The translations under genes and the position numbers were made by a program. A DNA stretch of 64,000 nucleotides from an uncultured Gammaproteobacteria bacterium (GTDB lineage: Bacteria > Patescibacteriota > Microgenomatia > Levybacterales > UBA12049), in contig CAZOHC010000001.1 of NCBI GenBank assembly GCA_964579845.1, forward strand, positions 27,196-91,195. Reading direction: 5' to 3'. Each line of letters opens with the position of its first letter. Within the stretch, counting starts at the first letter, position 1. Shown piece after piece: positions 1 through 8,585 of this stretch. Below the pieces are notes generated by a model. It made no database searches, was not told the origin of the DNA, and worked only from the letters and a program-made list of their open reading frames with translations.

Positions 1-300
1 ATGTGCCTGTTGAGCAAACGCGGCAAGACCTTGAGCACCGGGGTCAGTTGTATCCAGACCACGTTCACCTGGTTTCACACCGAAATAGAGCAGAACGGTA
101 TCAGTATCAACGGCGATCTCATCACCCAGTGTCCAGTAGGGGACAAAGACTGAGTGTTTCTGCCTGCCCGGCTGCTCAATAATGTCGGCCTCAGGTGAGG
201 TAGGTTTATGAACAGGGCTCATGATCGGTTCCCCCCGCAGGAAGAACCAGGATGCACCCAGAATACTGAAAAAAAGGAGCAGAAAAATAAATTTTTTCAT
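1..300 (-). CDS. partial CDS (N-terminal part only; continues off the window edge); hydrophobic signal-peptide-like N-terminus MKKFIFLLLFFSILGASWF; function unknown
   Basis: Open frame on the minus strand from ATG at 300..298 running off the left edge; N-terminal signal-peptide-like segment; TATAAT-like box directly upstream. Not in the ORF track because it is open-ended. Confidence 0.4.
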   Translation of the reverse strand, partial: MKKFIFLLLFFSILGASWFFLRGEPIMSPVHKPTSPEADIIEQPGRQKHSVFVPYWTLGDEIAVDTDTVLLYFGVKPGERGLDTTDPGAQGLAAFAQQAH

Positions 301-347
301 GGCAACATTATACGCTTTCTGCCACGAATAGCCAAAAAAAGCAGAAG

Positions 348-611
348 TTAATTCTTGGCAACTTTTCCTGTCTGGACATTTCCTTCCGTAATCGCGAGGA
401 GATTACCGAGCTCTCTCAGAAATTTCTTCGCATGCTCACGGCTCATTCCGACTCGCGCGACAATTCGTTGCTGATTCGTCCCGACTAACTTTTGCGCGAC
501 ATCAAGCGTAAGTCCGTCTTCACTCGTTGAGAGATAGATGTTCTCAGTATACAGAATCGGTGTCTCATCTAAGTTTATGTTTAATGCAACTTGTTTCTTC
601 GTCTCTGCCAT
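348..611 (-). CDS. DUF3467 domain protein
   Basis: 87 aa; pattern LNINLDE..Y.N....S..gLtLDv...QQRIVARVGMSREHAKKFLRELGNLL matches the DUF3467 family signature. Confidence 0.65.
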   Translation of the reverse strand: MAETKKQVALNINLDETPILYTENIYLSTSEDGLTLDVAQKLVGTNQQRIVARVGMSREHAKKFLRELGNLLAITEGNVQTGKVAKN

Positions 612-653
612 AGTTCACCTCCCTGTGTTGAATTTTGAATCGAAAATGTATTC

Positions 654-1643
654 CTACATTGAGGATTCCTGAATCTTTTCCACGATCTCCACCTCAACCT
701 CAGGCCTGAAACCGAACGTTTCTTCACAGCTATCCTGAATCTTCTGTATCACCGCTCTGACGTCAGATGCTTTCGCGCCGCCGAGATTAATGATAAAGTT
801 ACAATGCTTCTCAGAAACCTGTGCGTTGCCGACAGTATAGCCTGCTAAACCGAGCTTTCTTACCATATACCCCATTGATACTTTTCCGTGCCACCGACCC
901 TCCACTTGTTCTCGAATCTCAGGCCAGACACGCAAAATACGTGCCACCTGCTCTTTGTCTTTAATGTTTTTAAACACGCTTCCGCAGTTGGGATACTCAA
1001 GCGGATGATTTCTTTTTCGGTATGCCTTATTATTTGCATACGTCTCCTCGGCAGCTGTTACTGTCTCCTTATCAGCTGACGTGAGCTGAAACGTGGCCGA
1101 GAGCACCAGCAGATCTCTCTGTTCTTTTATCAGGCTATGCCGATAGGCAAATTTAAGATCATTCTTTGCGAGCGGAAAAATACCTTTTTCAGGATGACTA
1201 AGCGAGAAAACCTCGACCTGATCTAAACTATCTTTTATCTCACCACCGAATGCACCGACATTGCCGCGAACGCCGGCACCGACCGTTCCGGGCAATCCGC
1301 CTGCCCACTCAAGACCGACCAGATGCTCATGAAACCCGAACTGAATTGCTTGATCAAGCGTATTTCCGGCAAAAACTGTTAGTAGTCCGTCAGCAGTTAC
1401 TGCTAATGGGGACTTTTTTTCCGGTTCGACCACCGAGATGACAACCCCATCAAAATCCTCATCCTGAAAGACGAGATTTGAACCGAGGCCGCAGATAAAA
1501 ATACGCTTCGGGTTTTCCTCCTTGAGAAAGTCAACGAGTGCATGCACATCATCACGGGAGGAAATTTCAACAAAAAACTTTGCTTTGCCGCCTATCTTAT
1601 ACCAAAGAAACTCTGAAAGCGGATAGTCCTGTACAATGTTCAT
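654..1643 (-). CDS. murB: UDP-N-acetylenolpyruvoylglucosamine reductase MurB
   Basis: 329 aa; FAD-binding PCMH N-terminus (GLGSNLVFQD) and MurB C-terminal domain motifs; stop TAG. Confidence 0.9.
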   Translation of the reverse strand: MNIVQDYPLSEFLWYKIGGKAKFFVEISSRDDVHALVDFLKEENPKRIFICGLGSNLVFQDEDFDGVVISVVEPEKKSPLAVTADGLLTVFAGNTLDQAIQFGFHEHLVGLEWAGGLPGTVGAGVRGNVGAFGGEIKDSLDQVEVFSLSHPEKGIFPLAKNDLKFAYRHSLIKEQRDLLVLSATFQLTSADKETVTAAEETYANNKAYRKRNHPLEYPNCGSVFKNIKDKEQVARILRVWPEIREQVEGRWHGKVSMGYMVRKLGLAGYTVGNAQVSEKHCNFIINLGGAKASDVRAVIQKIQDSCEETFGFRPEVEVEIVEKIQESSM

Positions 1644-1658
1644 AAAGGTTGGGCAGGG

Positions 1659-3464
1659 TTAGGCTTCGTTCTCCATCTCAACGTGCACGACGTGGTGCTC
1701 TTCCAAACGGAAGAGTCCTTCGTCAAGTCGCTTCTGATCAAGGAAATGGGAGATAAAGCCGACTGAGCGTGAGAGAACGAATAACGCATTAAAGAACTCA
1801 ACCTCTGTCAGGTGCCGCAACTCATCATCAGAGTAGCCCTCTTTTTCTGAGAGGATATCAAGTAAAACAGCAGCGATGGTACCGTCAACGTTAAGGATTA
1901 AGTTGCCTTTTTTAGCAACGGTAACCTGTTCAACTGCAAGCGCAAATGATGTAAAGCGTTTGCTTTCCAGTCCGTCACCGTATGACAGTAGAGCTTTTAC
2001 GCGAGGATCAGGCATATCAACGCGATATTTCCTATGACCGATTCCGAGAATGTATTTTTTCTTGGCTGCAAACTCTTCAACAAAGTGATCCGCATCTACC
2101 TTACCGGTTACGCCTGTTATCCAGTTTGCTGCAGCTTCATTGATCGCACCGCCGAACCGGGGACCGACGGTCAAAAGTCCTGCCGACAAAGATGAGACGA
2201 GATCTCTTCCTGCACGTGCGGTGACGATGGTATTTACCGCACCTGAGACATGCGGTCCGTGATCAACAAGCAACCTGAGAATAAAATCAATAAAGGACAC
2301 AAGCTCTTTCGATGAGGCTTTTCTACCTAAAAAGAGATTTGCGACAATCTCAGCAAATGAGTGATCATGTGAAAATGCGAGCAGGTCTTCATCAAGCACT
2401 TTCACCACACCGTTATCATCTGTTGAGATACTGCTTGTGATGAGTGCTTTTTGTCTGTTTTTTGCTTCCTCCATATGCGTAGTATAGTCGATATACTCAT
2501 CGTTGTGTACTGCATCTGATTGCTCGATCTTTTTTACAAAATCAGAAAACGAAGATTCTGCCTGAACGCCAACATCGCGTAAGGCCTTCCGTTTCGCTTC
2601 TGCTGTTTCCGTTCTGGTTTTGGCCATTGCTTTCGCATGACCGAATTGGGGAGCACTCGGAAACAGGGTTGAGACCGTACCGCCGATATAGCAGATAACA
2701 GGTTTTGTGACTTTTCCGTCGCTAATAAGGTCGACAAGCTTATACTCGTCCGTCCCTCCGAGTTCACCGTAATACACGATTACCTCAGTTGCGGGGTCCT
2801 GCTCAGCTGCGAGAAAGGCATCCTCCGGGGTAAATATCGGAAATCGGTCGCCGCCGAATGAGAGTGCGAACGAGATTCGTTTCCCCGATCTGACAACAAT
2901 ATTAATCAGTTCGTTTGTCATACCGCCTGAGGCAGAAAACACCGCAATGCTTCCTTTTGTGAATAATTGTGCTTCAGCAAGTTGCCTGATATCCACACCG
3001 CCGATGGCACCGAGTTTGAGAACCTGCGGAATCAGTAATCCGACGCTGGCAGGACCGATGATACGTACATCTCGTTTTCCGGCATCTTCGTACAGGGCAA
3101 GCGCATGCCGTTCCGGCACATTTTCCGCAAAGACAGCACCTGCCCGTATGGAAGGGAAAGTACTCAACACTGAGCGTGTAGACGTGAGAACACGTCTTGC
3201 AGAACTGAGCTGTAAGAAAAAAGATACTTCCTGCCTCAGGCGCTGAGGAACTGCTTCCCCTGACTGGTAGACCGGGAGCAATATTTCTTTATTTCCGAAA
3301 AAATAACGCTCGAACCGCCGACCTGATGCGATAATACCAACCAGGCTCGGTGACTGTTTTCCGGCCAGGTAATCAAAATCCAGGATTGACTGGAGAATGC
3401 CTGGGTGGCTGCCGACGGCGATAATCTTCGGCTCAATTGATCGAAATGTTTGGATATCTATCAT
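1659..3464 (-). CDS. aclA: ATP-citrate lyase subunit A (CoA-binding/SCS-alpha-like domain plus citrate-synthase-like domain)
   Basis: 601 aa; phosphohistidine loop SAPQFGHAKAMAKTRTETAEAK; block-wise collinear with the human ACLY C-terminal half (HRKYRVDMPDPRVKAL / NLILNVDGTIAAVLLDIL / FVLSRSVGFISHFLDQKRL). Confidence 0.8.
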   Translation of the reverse strand: MIDIQTFRSIEPKIIAVGSHPGILQSILDFDYLAGKQSPSLVGIIASGRRFERYFFGNKEILLPVYQSGEAVPQRLRQEVSFFLQLSSARRVLTSTRSVLSTFPSIRAGAVFAENVPERHALALYEDAGKRDVRIIGPASVGLLIPQVLKLGAIGGVDIRQLAEAQLFTKGSIAVFSASGGMTNELINIVVRSGKRISFALSFGGDRFPIFTPEDAFLAAEQDPATEVIVYYGELGGTDEYKLVDLISDGKVTKPVICYIGGTVSTLFPSAPQFGHAKAMAKTRTETAEAKRKALRDVGVQAESSFSDFVKKIEQSDAVHNDEYIDYTTHMEEAKNRQKALITSSISTDDNGVVKVLDEDLLAFSHDHSFAEIVANLFLGRKASSKELVSFIDFILRLLVDHGPHVSGAVNTIVTARAGRDLVSSLSAGLLTVGPRFGGAINEAAANWITGVTGKVDADHFVEEFAAKKKYILGIGHRKYRVDMPDPRVKALLSYGDGLESKRFTSFALAVEQVTVAKKGNLILNVDGTIAAVLLDILSEKEGYSDDELRHLTEVEFFNALFVLSRSVGFISHFLDQKRLDEGLFRLEEHHVVHVEMENEA

Positions 3465-3479
3465 AGTCTTTCACGTGTC

Positions 3480-4676
3480 TTAGACCTGTCCGGTCGCATT
3501 ATGGACGATCTCGGTTAACAAGACGTCAGGACCGACAACACGTCCGAGCAACGCTTCCTGTGTCAAGAATTCACTCATCTGTTTAAGCCCTTCTGCCTGG
3601 TTCGGCCCGCCCCGCCTGACATACACTCGAACTTGCTGTTCGCGGAGCTCATGTGTATAGTCTGTCAGCGCTCGGATCACACCTCGAAACGTTGCTTTGA
3701 TGTCAGTAAAATTTGCCACCCCACCACCGATAATCAGTACTTTTTTCTCCGCTTTCGAACGAAGCAACAGTTTGAGTACCTGTGTTGTATAGATATACGT
3801 CTCCTCTTCATTCGGATTGCCGCTGTATTCTCCGTAATTCGCGAGTTCTTCGCCCAACCCCATGTTCGCAACCTCATCGGCCAGAACCAAACTCGCACCC
3901 CCACCTGAGAGAAGCATAAAAATACTGCCGTTTGGGTTTAAAACAGTAAGTGTAAAGGCTGCCTGAGAATTTTCTTTGAGCTCCTGAACAACACCTTCTT
4001 CCGCAGTTTGCGCTCCATGTTCGCCATAGGTAAAGTCATGAGCACCCCAACTCTTACCTGCGAAAAAGTCTGCGACACTGTCTACTTCAACAGCAAGATC
4101 AATAACATGCAGTTCATTTCCCTGAAGCACGAGCGGATTAATTTCTAAGAATGAGAAGTAATGTTCATCAAAAACAGCGATGAACGTTTCGATAATATCA
4201 GGAGATAGCCCGATACTTGCTGCAATCTGTGCTTTTCCTTCTGTCCGTTGCTCCTGCTGGTAGGGGAGAAGCACCTGCTGCACAGTATCCTCGTACTCCT
4301 CGATGTCAATCCCACCCCGAGGCGATATCGAAACCACGTAGCCGTCCCGCTGCCGTTCCATGGCAAAATATTTTTCATGCTCACCATCATACCGTGCCAT
4401 CGGTTCAATAAGAAACTGCGAAAAACCCTTGGCAGTGATATCACTCAGTACTGCAGGAATTTCTTGAGGATTAAGGTTCAGACCGATAAGTCCACGCTTC
4501 ATACGTTTTTTCACACCTTGGTCGACTTTTACCACATATTTTTGTTCAGGAGAAAGACTCTTCAGTTGCGGCTCGATATCCCGATCTGAGAAGACCTGGA
4601 TGCCGAAATAAGGACGGTCTAGCCGAGCAAAGAGGAGGGTTTTTGCCCGAAATTCAGTGATTCGCTGTCTGGCCAT
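3480..4676 (-). CDS. aclB: ATP-citrate lyase subunit B (ATP-grasp, SCS-beta-like)
   Basis: Collinear with the ACLY N-terminus: LIEPM, TVLNPNGSIFMLLSGGGASLVLADEVANMGLGEELANYGEYSGNPNEEETY, LIIGGGVANFTDIKATFRGVIRAL. Start chosen at internal ATG (MARQRITEFRAK, 4676..4674); the track ORF extends to 4736. Confidence 0.8.
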   Translation of the reverse strand: MARQRITEFRAKTLLFARLDRPYFGIQVFSDRDIEPQLKSLSPEQKYVVKVDQGVKKRMKRGLIGLNLNPQEIPAVLSDITAKGFSQFLIEPMARYDGEHEKYFAMERQRDGYVVSISPRGGIDIEEYEDTVQQVLLPYQQEQRTEGKAQIAASIGLSPDIIETFIAVFDEHYFSFLEINPLVLQGNELHVIDLAVEVDSVADFFAGKSWGAHDFTYGEHGAQTAEEGVVQELKENSQAAFTLTVLNPNGSIFMLLSGGGASLVLADEVANMGLGEELANYGEYSGNPNEEETYIYTTQVLKLLLRSKAEKKVLIIGGGVANFTDIKATFRGVIRALTDYTHELREQQVRVYVRRGGPNQAEGLKQMSEFLTQEALLGRVVGPDVLLTEIVHNATGQV

Positions 4677-4766
4677 AAATTCTGTGCTTATTGTACCATA
4701 GAAGCATGAAAAGAGCGCGAATAGAGGAAGTATCACGCATCGGATACCAGGGTGCGAGAAGAAGTC

Positions 4767-6875
4767 TTATTCAACCCGACCGGTGAAGTTTGATTTTGCA
4801 ACCATTTGGTCGACAATATTCTTCGGAACGATGTCATAGTGAGACGGCTCCATGTAGAAGTGAGCACGGCCCTGTGACATTGAGCGAACCTGTGTTGCAT
4901 ACCCTGAGAGTTCAGCCAACGGAACCTGCGCTAAAATAATTGTTGAGTTTCCTCGCTCTTCTGTTCCGTTAATCTGCGCTCGCTTACTCGAAAGATCACC
5001 GATAATATCTCCCATGAATTCAGACGGTGTAGTAACTTCTACTTTCATAATTGGCTCAAGAAGCCCCATGCCAACCTTTTTTGAAGCTGCTTGAAGCGCT
5101 TGTGACGCCGCGATCTTAAAAGCAACTTCAGATGAATCAACTTCATGATACGATCCGTCGTAACACGTGACTTTTACGTCAATGACCGGATAGCCGAGCA
5201 AGACACCGTTTTCAAGCGTTTCTTTTACGCCTTTTTCGACTGCCTTCACGAACTCAGCAGGAATAGCGCCGCCTTTGATGGCATCAACGAATTCATTCCC
5301 CTCACCGCGAGGTTTCGGCTCAACCTTAAGCCAGCAGTGACCGAATTGACCGCGACCACCTGACTGACGGACGTATTTTCCTTCCGCTTCGGTCGAATTT
5401 TCAAACGTTTCTTTATATGCTACCTGCGGCGCACCGACATTTGCTTCAACATTAAATTCTCGCTTCATACGGTCAACCATAACCTCAAGCTGAAGCTCTC
5501 CGATACCTGAAATAACAGTCTGGTTGGTCTCCGGATTTGACTTCACACTGAATGTCGGATCTTCCTCAGTCAATCGCTTAATTGCCAGACCGAGTTTTTC
5601 CTGGTCTGATTTTGTTTTCGGTTCAATAGCCAGTGAGATAACCGGTTCCGGAAAGGTAATCTGCTCAAGAACAATCGGCTTTGTCTCATCACAAAGCGTG
5701 TCACCGGTCATGGTTTCTTTCAGCCCCACGATAGCAACAATCTCTCCTGCGTATGCTTCCTTAATTTCTTCTCGCTGATTTGCGTGCATAAGAAGCAGTC
5801 TTCCGATACGCTCTTTCACACCACGGTTCCCGTTATAGGCATAAGAGCCGGAGGTCAGTTTTCCGGAGTAAATTCTGAAGTATGTCAATTTTCCGACATG
5901 AGGATCATTCTGAATCTTAAATGCAAGTCCGGAGAATGCTTCCTCTGGAACGAGCTTTCTTACTTCCTCAGCTTCTGTTTTCGGATTAATCCCATCAACC
6001 TTGTCCAGGTCAACAGGAGATGGAAGGTAGTCGATGACAGCATCCAAGAGCGGCTGAACACCTTTATTTCGGAGTGAGGTTCCGGCATAGATCGGAACAA
6101 GTTTATAAGCGATAACAGCAGCTCTGAGTGCTTTTTTCAGCTCTTCAACAGTCGGTTCTTCCCCTGAAAGATATTTCTCAAGCAGTGCGTCATCTGTCTC
6201 AGCAATTTTTTCGATGAGTTTCCCGCGGAATTCTTCGACTTTCTCCTTCATATCTTCCGGGACTTCATCTTTTACTTCAAACTTCGCTCCGAGTTCATCA
6301 GAACCCCAGATATATGACTGCCGTGTCAAAAGATCAACATTTCCGACGTAGGTGTTTTCGCTTCCGATAGGGAGAACCATGATCGCAGGATTTGCTCCGA
6401 GGCGATCAACGATGCTTTTAACTGTCGCGAGAAAATCAGCTCCGAGTTTATCCATTTTGTTGACAAAACAGAGTCGAGGTACTTTATATTTATCAGCCTG
6501 TCTCCACACTGTTTCGGACTGAGATTGAACGCCTTCTTCAGCGTCCAGCACTGTAATACCGCCGTCAAGTACGCGCAATGAACGCTCTACTTCAGCCGTG
6601 AAATCAACGTGGCCTGGGGTGTCGATAATGTTGATGCGATTGTCCTTCCAGAAGGTCGTGGTGGCAGCTGACATGATCGTGATACCACGCTCTTTTTCCT
6701 GGTCCATCCAGTCCATCTGCGTATCACCTTCATCAATGTCACCGATTTTATAGGTACGACCGGTGTAAAAGAGGATTCGTTCCGTCGTTGTGGTTTTTCC
6801 CGCGTCAATGTGCGCGATAATCCCGATATTTCGGATTTTGTCCAACGGATAGGTGCGATTATTTGTGTCTGCCAT
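4767..6875 (-). CDS. fusA: translation elongation factor G
   Basis: G-domain AHIDAGKTTTTERILFYTG, DTPGHVDF, NKMD; the full five-domain EF-G length. Start set at MADTNNRTYPL (6875); the track ORF carries a spurious hydrophobic N-extension to 6959. Confidence 0.95.
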   Translation of the reverse strand: MADTNNRTYPLDKIRNIGIIAHIDAGKTTTTERILFYTGRTYKIGDIDEGDTQMDWMDQEKERGITIMSAATTTFWKDNRINIIDTPGHVDFTAEVERSLRVLDGGITVLDAEEGVQSQSETVWRQADKYKVPRLCFVNKMDKLGADFLATVKSIVDRLGANPAIMVLPIGSENTYVGNVDLLTRQSYIWGSDELGAKFEVKDEVPEDMKEKVEEFRGKLIEKIAETDDALLEKYLSGEEPTVEELKKALRAAVIAYKLVPIYAGTSLRNKGVQPLLDAVIDYLPSPVDLDKVDGINPKTEAEEVRKLVPEEAFSGLAFKIQNDPHVGKLTYFRIYSGKLTSGSYAYNGNRGVKERIGRLLLMHANQREEIKEAYAGEIVAIVGLKETMTGDTLCDETKPIVLEQITFPEPVISLAIEPKTKSDQEKLGLAIKRLTEEDPTFSVKSNPETNQTVISGIGELQLEVMVDRMKREFNVEANVGAPQVAYKETFENSTEAEGKYVRQSGGRGQFGHCWLKVEPKPRGEGNEFVDAIKGGAIPAEFVKAVEKGVKETLENGVLLGYPVIDVKVTCYDGSYHEVDSSEVAFKIAASQALQAASKKVGMGLLEPIMKVEVTTPSEFMGDIIGDLSSKRAQINGTEERGNSTIILAQVPLAELSGYATQVRSMSQGRAHFYMEPSHYDIVPKNIVDQMVAKSNFTGRVE

Positions 6876-6992
6876 AAGTAAGAAAATCAAAAGCCAAAAT
6901 GCAAAAATCAAAATTATTTTTTGACTTTCACCTTTTGACTTGAGCATAAAGTATACCATATTTTTTTTCTTCCTGCTATACCTGTTTTTGCT

Positions 6993-7021
6993 TTGACAAA
7001 CCTTTAAAAAGCACCTAGACT
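6993..7021 (+). promoter_or_regulatory. candidate sigma70 promoter for the pilN operon (TTGACA-17-TAGACT)
   Basis: TTGACA at 6993-6998, 17-nt spacer, TAGACT at 7016-7021, about 70 nt upstream of the pilN ATG in the fusA/pilN divergent intergenic region. Confidence 0.3.
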
Positions 7022-7091
7022 GGAAGAAGACCGCTCAGACGTCGTGAGCTTTATTTCTCGTGGAGAAAAGCCTGTCCTGAGGGGAGCAAAG

Positions 7092-7646
7092 ATGGCAAAA
7101 GTAACCTCCATCAATTTAATTAGATCAGAGCAAACACACCACATTGACACCATTTTAAAATGGGCGCTGACAACAGGGAGGTTCCTGATTATTCTCACTG
7201 AAACAATAGCGCTTTCGGCATTTGTGTATCGTTTTAGCCTGGATCGTGAAATTATCGACTTAACGGATGAGATAAAAAATAATCAGGCAGTCGTCTCACT
7301 GTATACAGATGAACCTCGCTACCGAAACCTCCAGGAGCGGCTTACCTTTGTTGAGAGTATCAGACCGACACAGTCAGAAAAAACGATCCTCATGCATGAG
7401 GTTGTCAGCCTGTCAGACTGAAAAGTCACCTTTCAGCAGATAGCAATCGGATCAAGCGAAGTAAACCTTGCAATTACTACATCCTCAACAGGGGCACTCT
7501 CGTCATTTTTAGCCGGGATTAAGACCGTCCCCACGATTCAAGAAGTACGGGTGAACAATGTAGAAAACAGAGCGGGAAGTGGTGAAATCGTCGTCAACAT
7601 AACAGCAAGCCTGAAGACACAAGGAAAGGAACAGTCCGATGAATAA
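7092..7646 (+). CDS. pilN: PilN-like type IV pilus assembly protein interrupted by an in-frame TGA at 7419-7421; the frame continues 75 codons to TAA at 7644
   Basis: SD GAGGGGAG then ATG at 7092; N-terminal INLI(R) motif plus a single TM helix. After the TGA the same frame encodes VTFQQIAIGSSEVNLAITTSSTGALSSFLAGIKTVPTIQEVRVNNVENRAGSGEIVVNITASLKTQGKEQSDE and ends in an ATGA-type 8-nt overlap with the pilO start. Total length about 184 aa, as for PilN. Confidence 0.55.
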
Positions 7647-8274
7647 CGAACAAAGAACTTCACTGCATAATCTGCCGAAGAAGACATATTTGAACTACAT
7701 CAAGTCGTTTCCTGTTACGCAATCTGAGCAGGTCAGAAGTTATACAACGATAATTCTCACACTTTTGGCAATTATCGGATTCAGTGTATTTGCCATCAGC
7801 CCAACCATTAATACGATTCTCGAGCTCAGGAGGCAACTTGAAGATAACAGGTACGTAAATACCGCGCTCGAAGAAAAAATCACGGCTCTCGGATCACTTC
7901 AGGCTGAGTATACTGGTATGGGAAGCACGCTCGAGGTTATTGAGACAGCGCTCCCGACGAAACCGAATGTTCCGGACCTGTTTGCACGGCTGCAGACGCT
8001 TGCTACGAGGTATCAGGTAACGCTCATTACACTGGACTCTGAAGAAGTCGAACTCACCAAAACCGCACAGGGGAAAGAACCTTCATCGTTCGTTTTTTTA
8101 ATTACAGCTCAGGGTGCGTATGATAATATTTTTTCCTTTTCCGAAGCGTTAACCGATTTCAATCGCGTTGTCAGTATTGATGGAATTACGTTTACGAGAA
8201 AAGTAGGAGAAAACCAGACCGTCGAAGCGATCATCAGGGCACGAGCATACTTTCATCCGGAGGTAAAAGAATGA
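7639..8274 (+). CDS. pilO: PilO-like type IV pilus assembly protein
   Basis: 211 aa; N-terminal TM, coiled-coil (ILELRRQLEDNRYVNTALEEKITALGSLQAEY), C-terminal PilO-like fold; translationally coupled to the flanking genes (stop TGA overlapping the next ATG). Confidence 0.65.
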   Translation: MNNEQRTSLHNLPKKTYLNYIKSFPVTQSEQVRSYTTIILTLLAIIGFSVFAISPTINTILELRRQLEDNRYVNTALEEKITALGSLQAEYTGMGSTLEVIETALPTKPNVPDLFARLQTLATRYQVTLITLDSEEVELTKTAQGKEPSSFVFLITAQGAYDNIFSFSEALTDFNRVVSIDGITFTRKVGENQTVEAIIRARAYFHPEVKE

Positions 8275-8585
8275 AACTAAAAGGGGAAAATATTACCAAT
8301 TTACTACTTTCTGTGACTTTTGTGACGCTAGCGTATATTGGCTTTACGTTTTACCATACATCAGTCACCTCGACACTCGATGATGATCTTACCTTGCAGA
8401 TTCAGCCGATTTCGGCTAGCTTTAATAAAACGGCTATCGAACATCTTATCGGAAGAACTTCGGTACCACCAACCTATGAACTGGCAGGAGAAGCAGAAGT
8501 CACTGAAGAGGCAGCCTCAGCCGCTGGGTCACTGCAACCGGTAGAGGATACATCAGCTGAGGAAACAGAGGAAAGCGCGTTATGA
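8271..8585 (+). CDS. small membrane-anchored protein with an acidic tail (pilus accessory, PilP-like?)
   Basis: 104 aa; one N-terminal TM helix, Ser/Thr and acidic C-terminus; ATGA overlaps on both sides indicate it sits in the pilN-pilO operon. Confidence 0.45.
   Translation: MKLKGENITNLLLSVTFVTLAYIGFTFYHTSVTSTLDDDLTLQIQPISASFNKTAIEHLIGRTSVPPTYELAGEAEVTEEAASAAGSLQPVEDTSAEETEESAL

Noticed and set aside
6876-6959. N-terminal hydrophobic extension of EF-G (track ORF start at 6959)
   Set aside because: EF-G alignment begins at MADTNNRTYPL (6875). The extension encodes a TM-like segment incompatible with a cytosolic GTPase and comes from an upstream in-frame ATG in the promoter region.
7419-7460. 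Selenocysteine recoding at the pilN and 33335 UGAs
   Set aside because: No SECIS-like hairpin is seen within about 10-40 nt downstream of either UGA, and no selenoprotein context; a structural pilus protein is an implausible selenoprotein.
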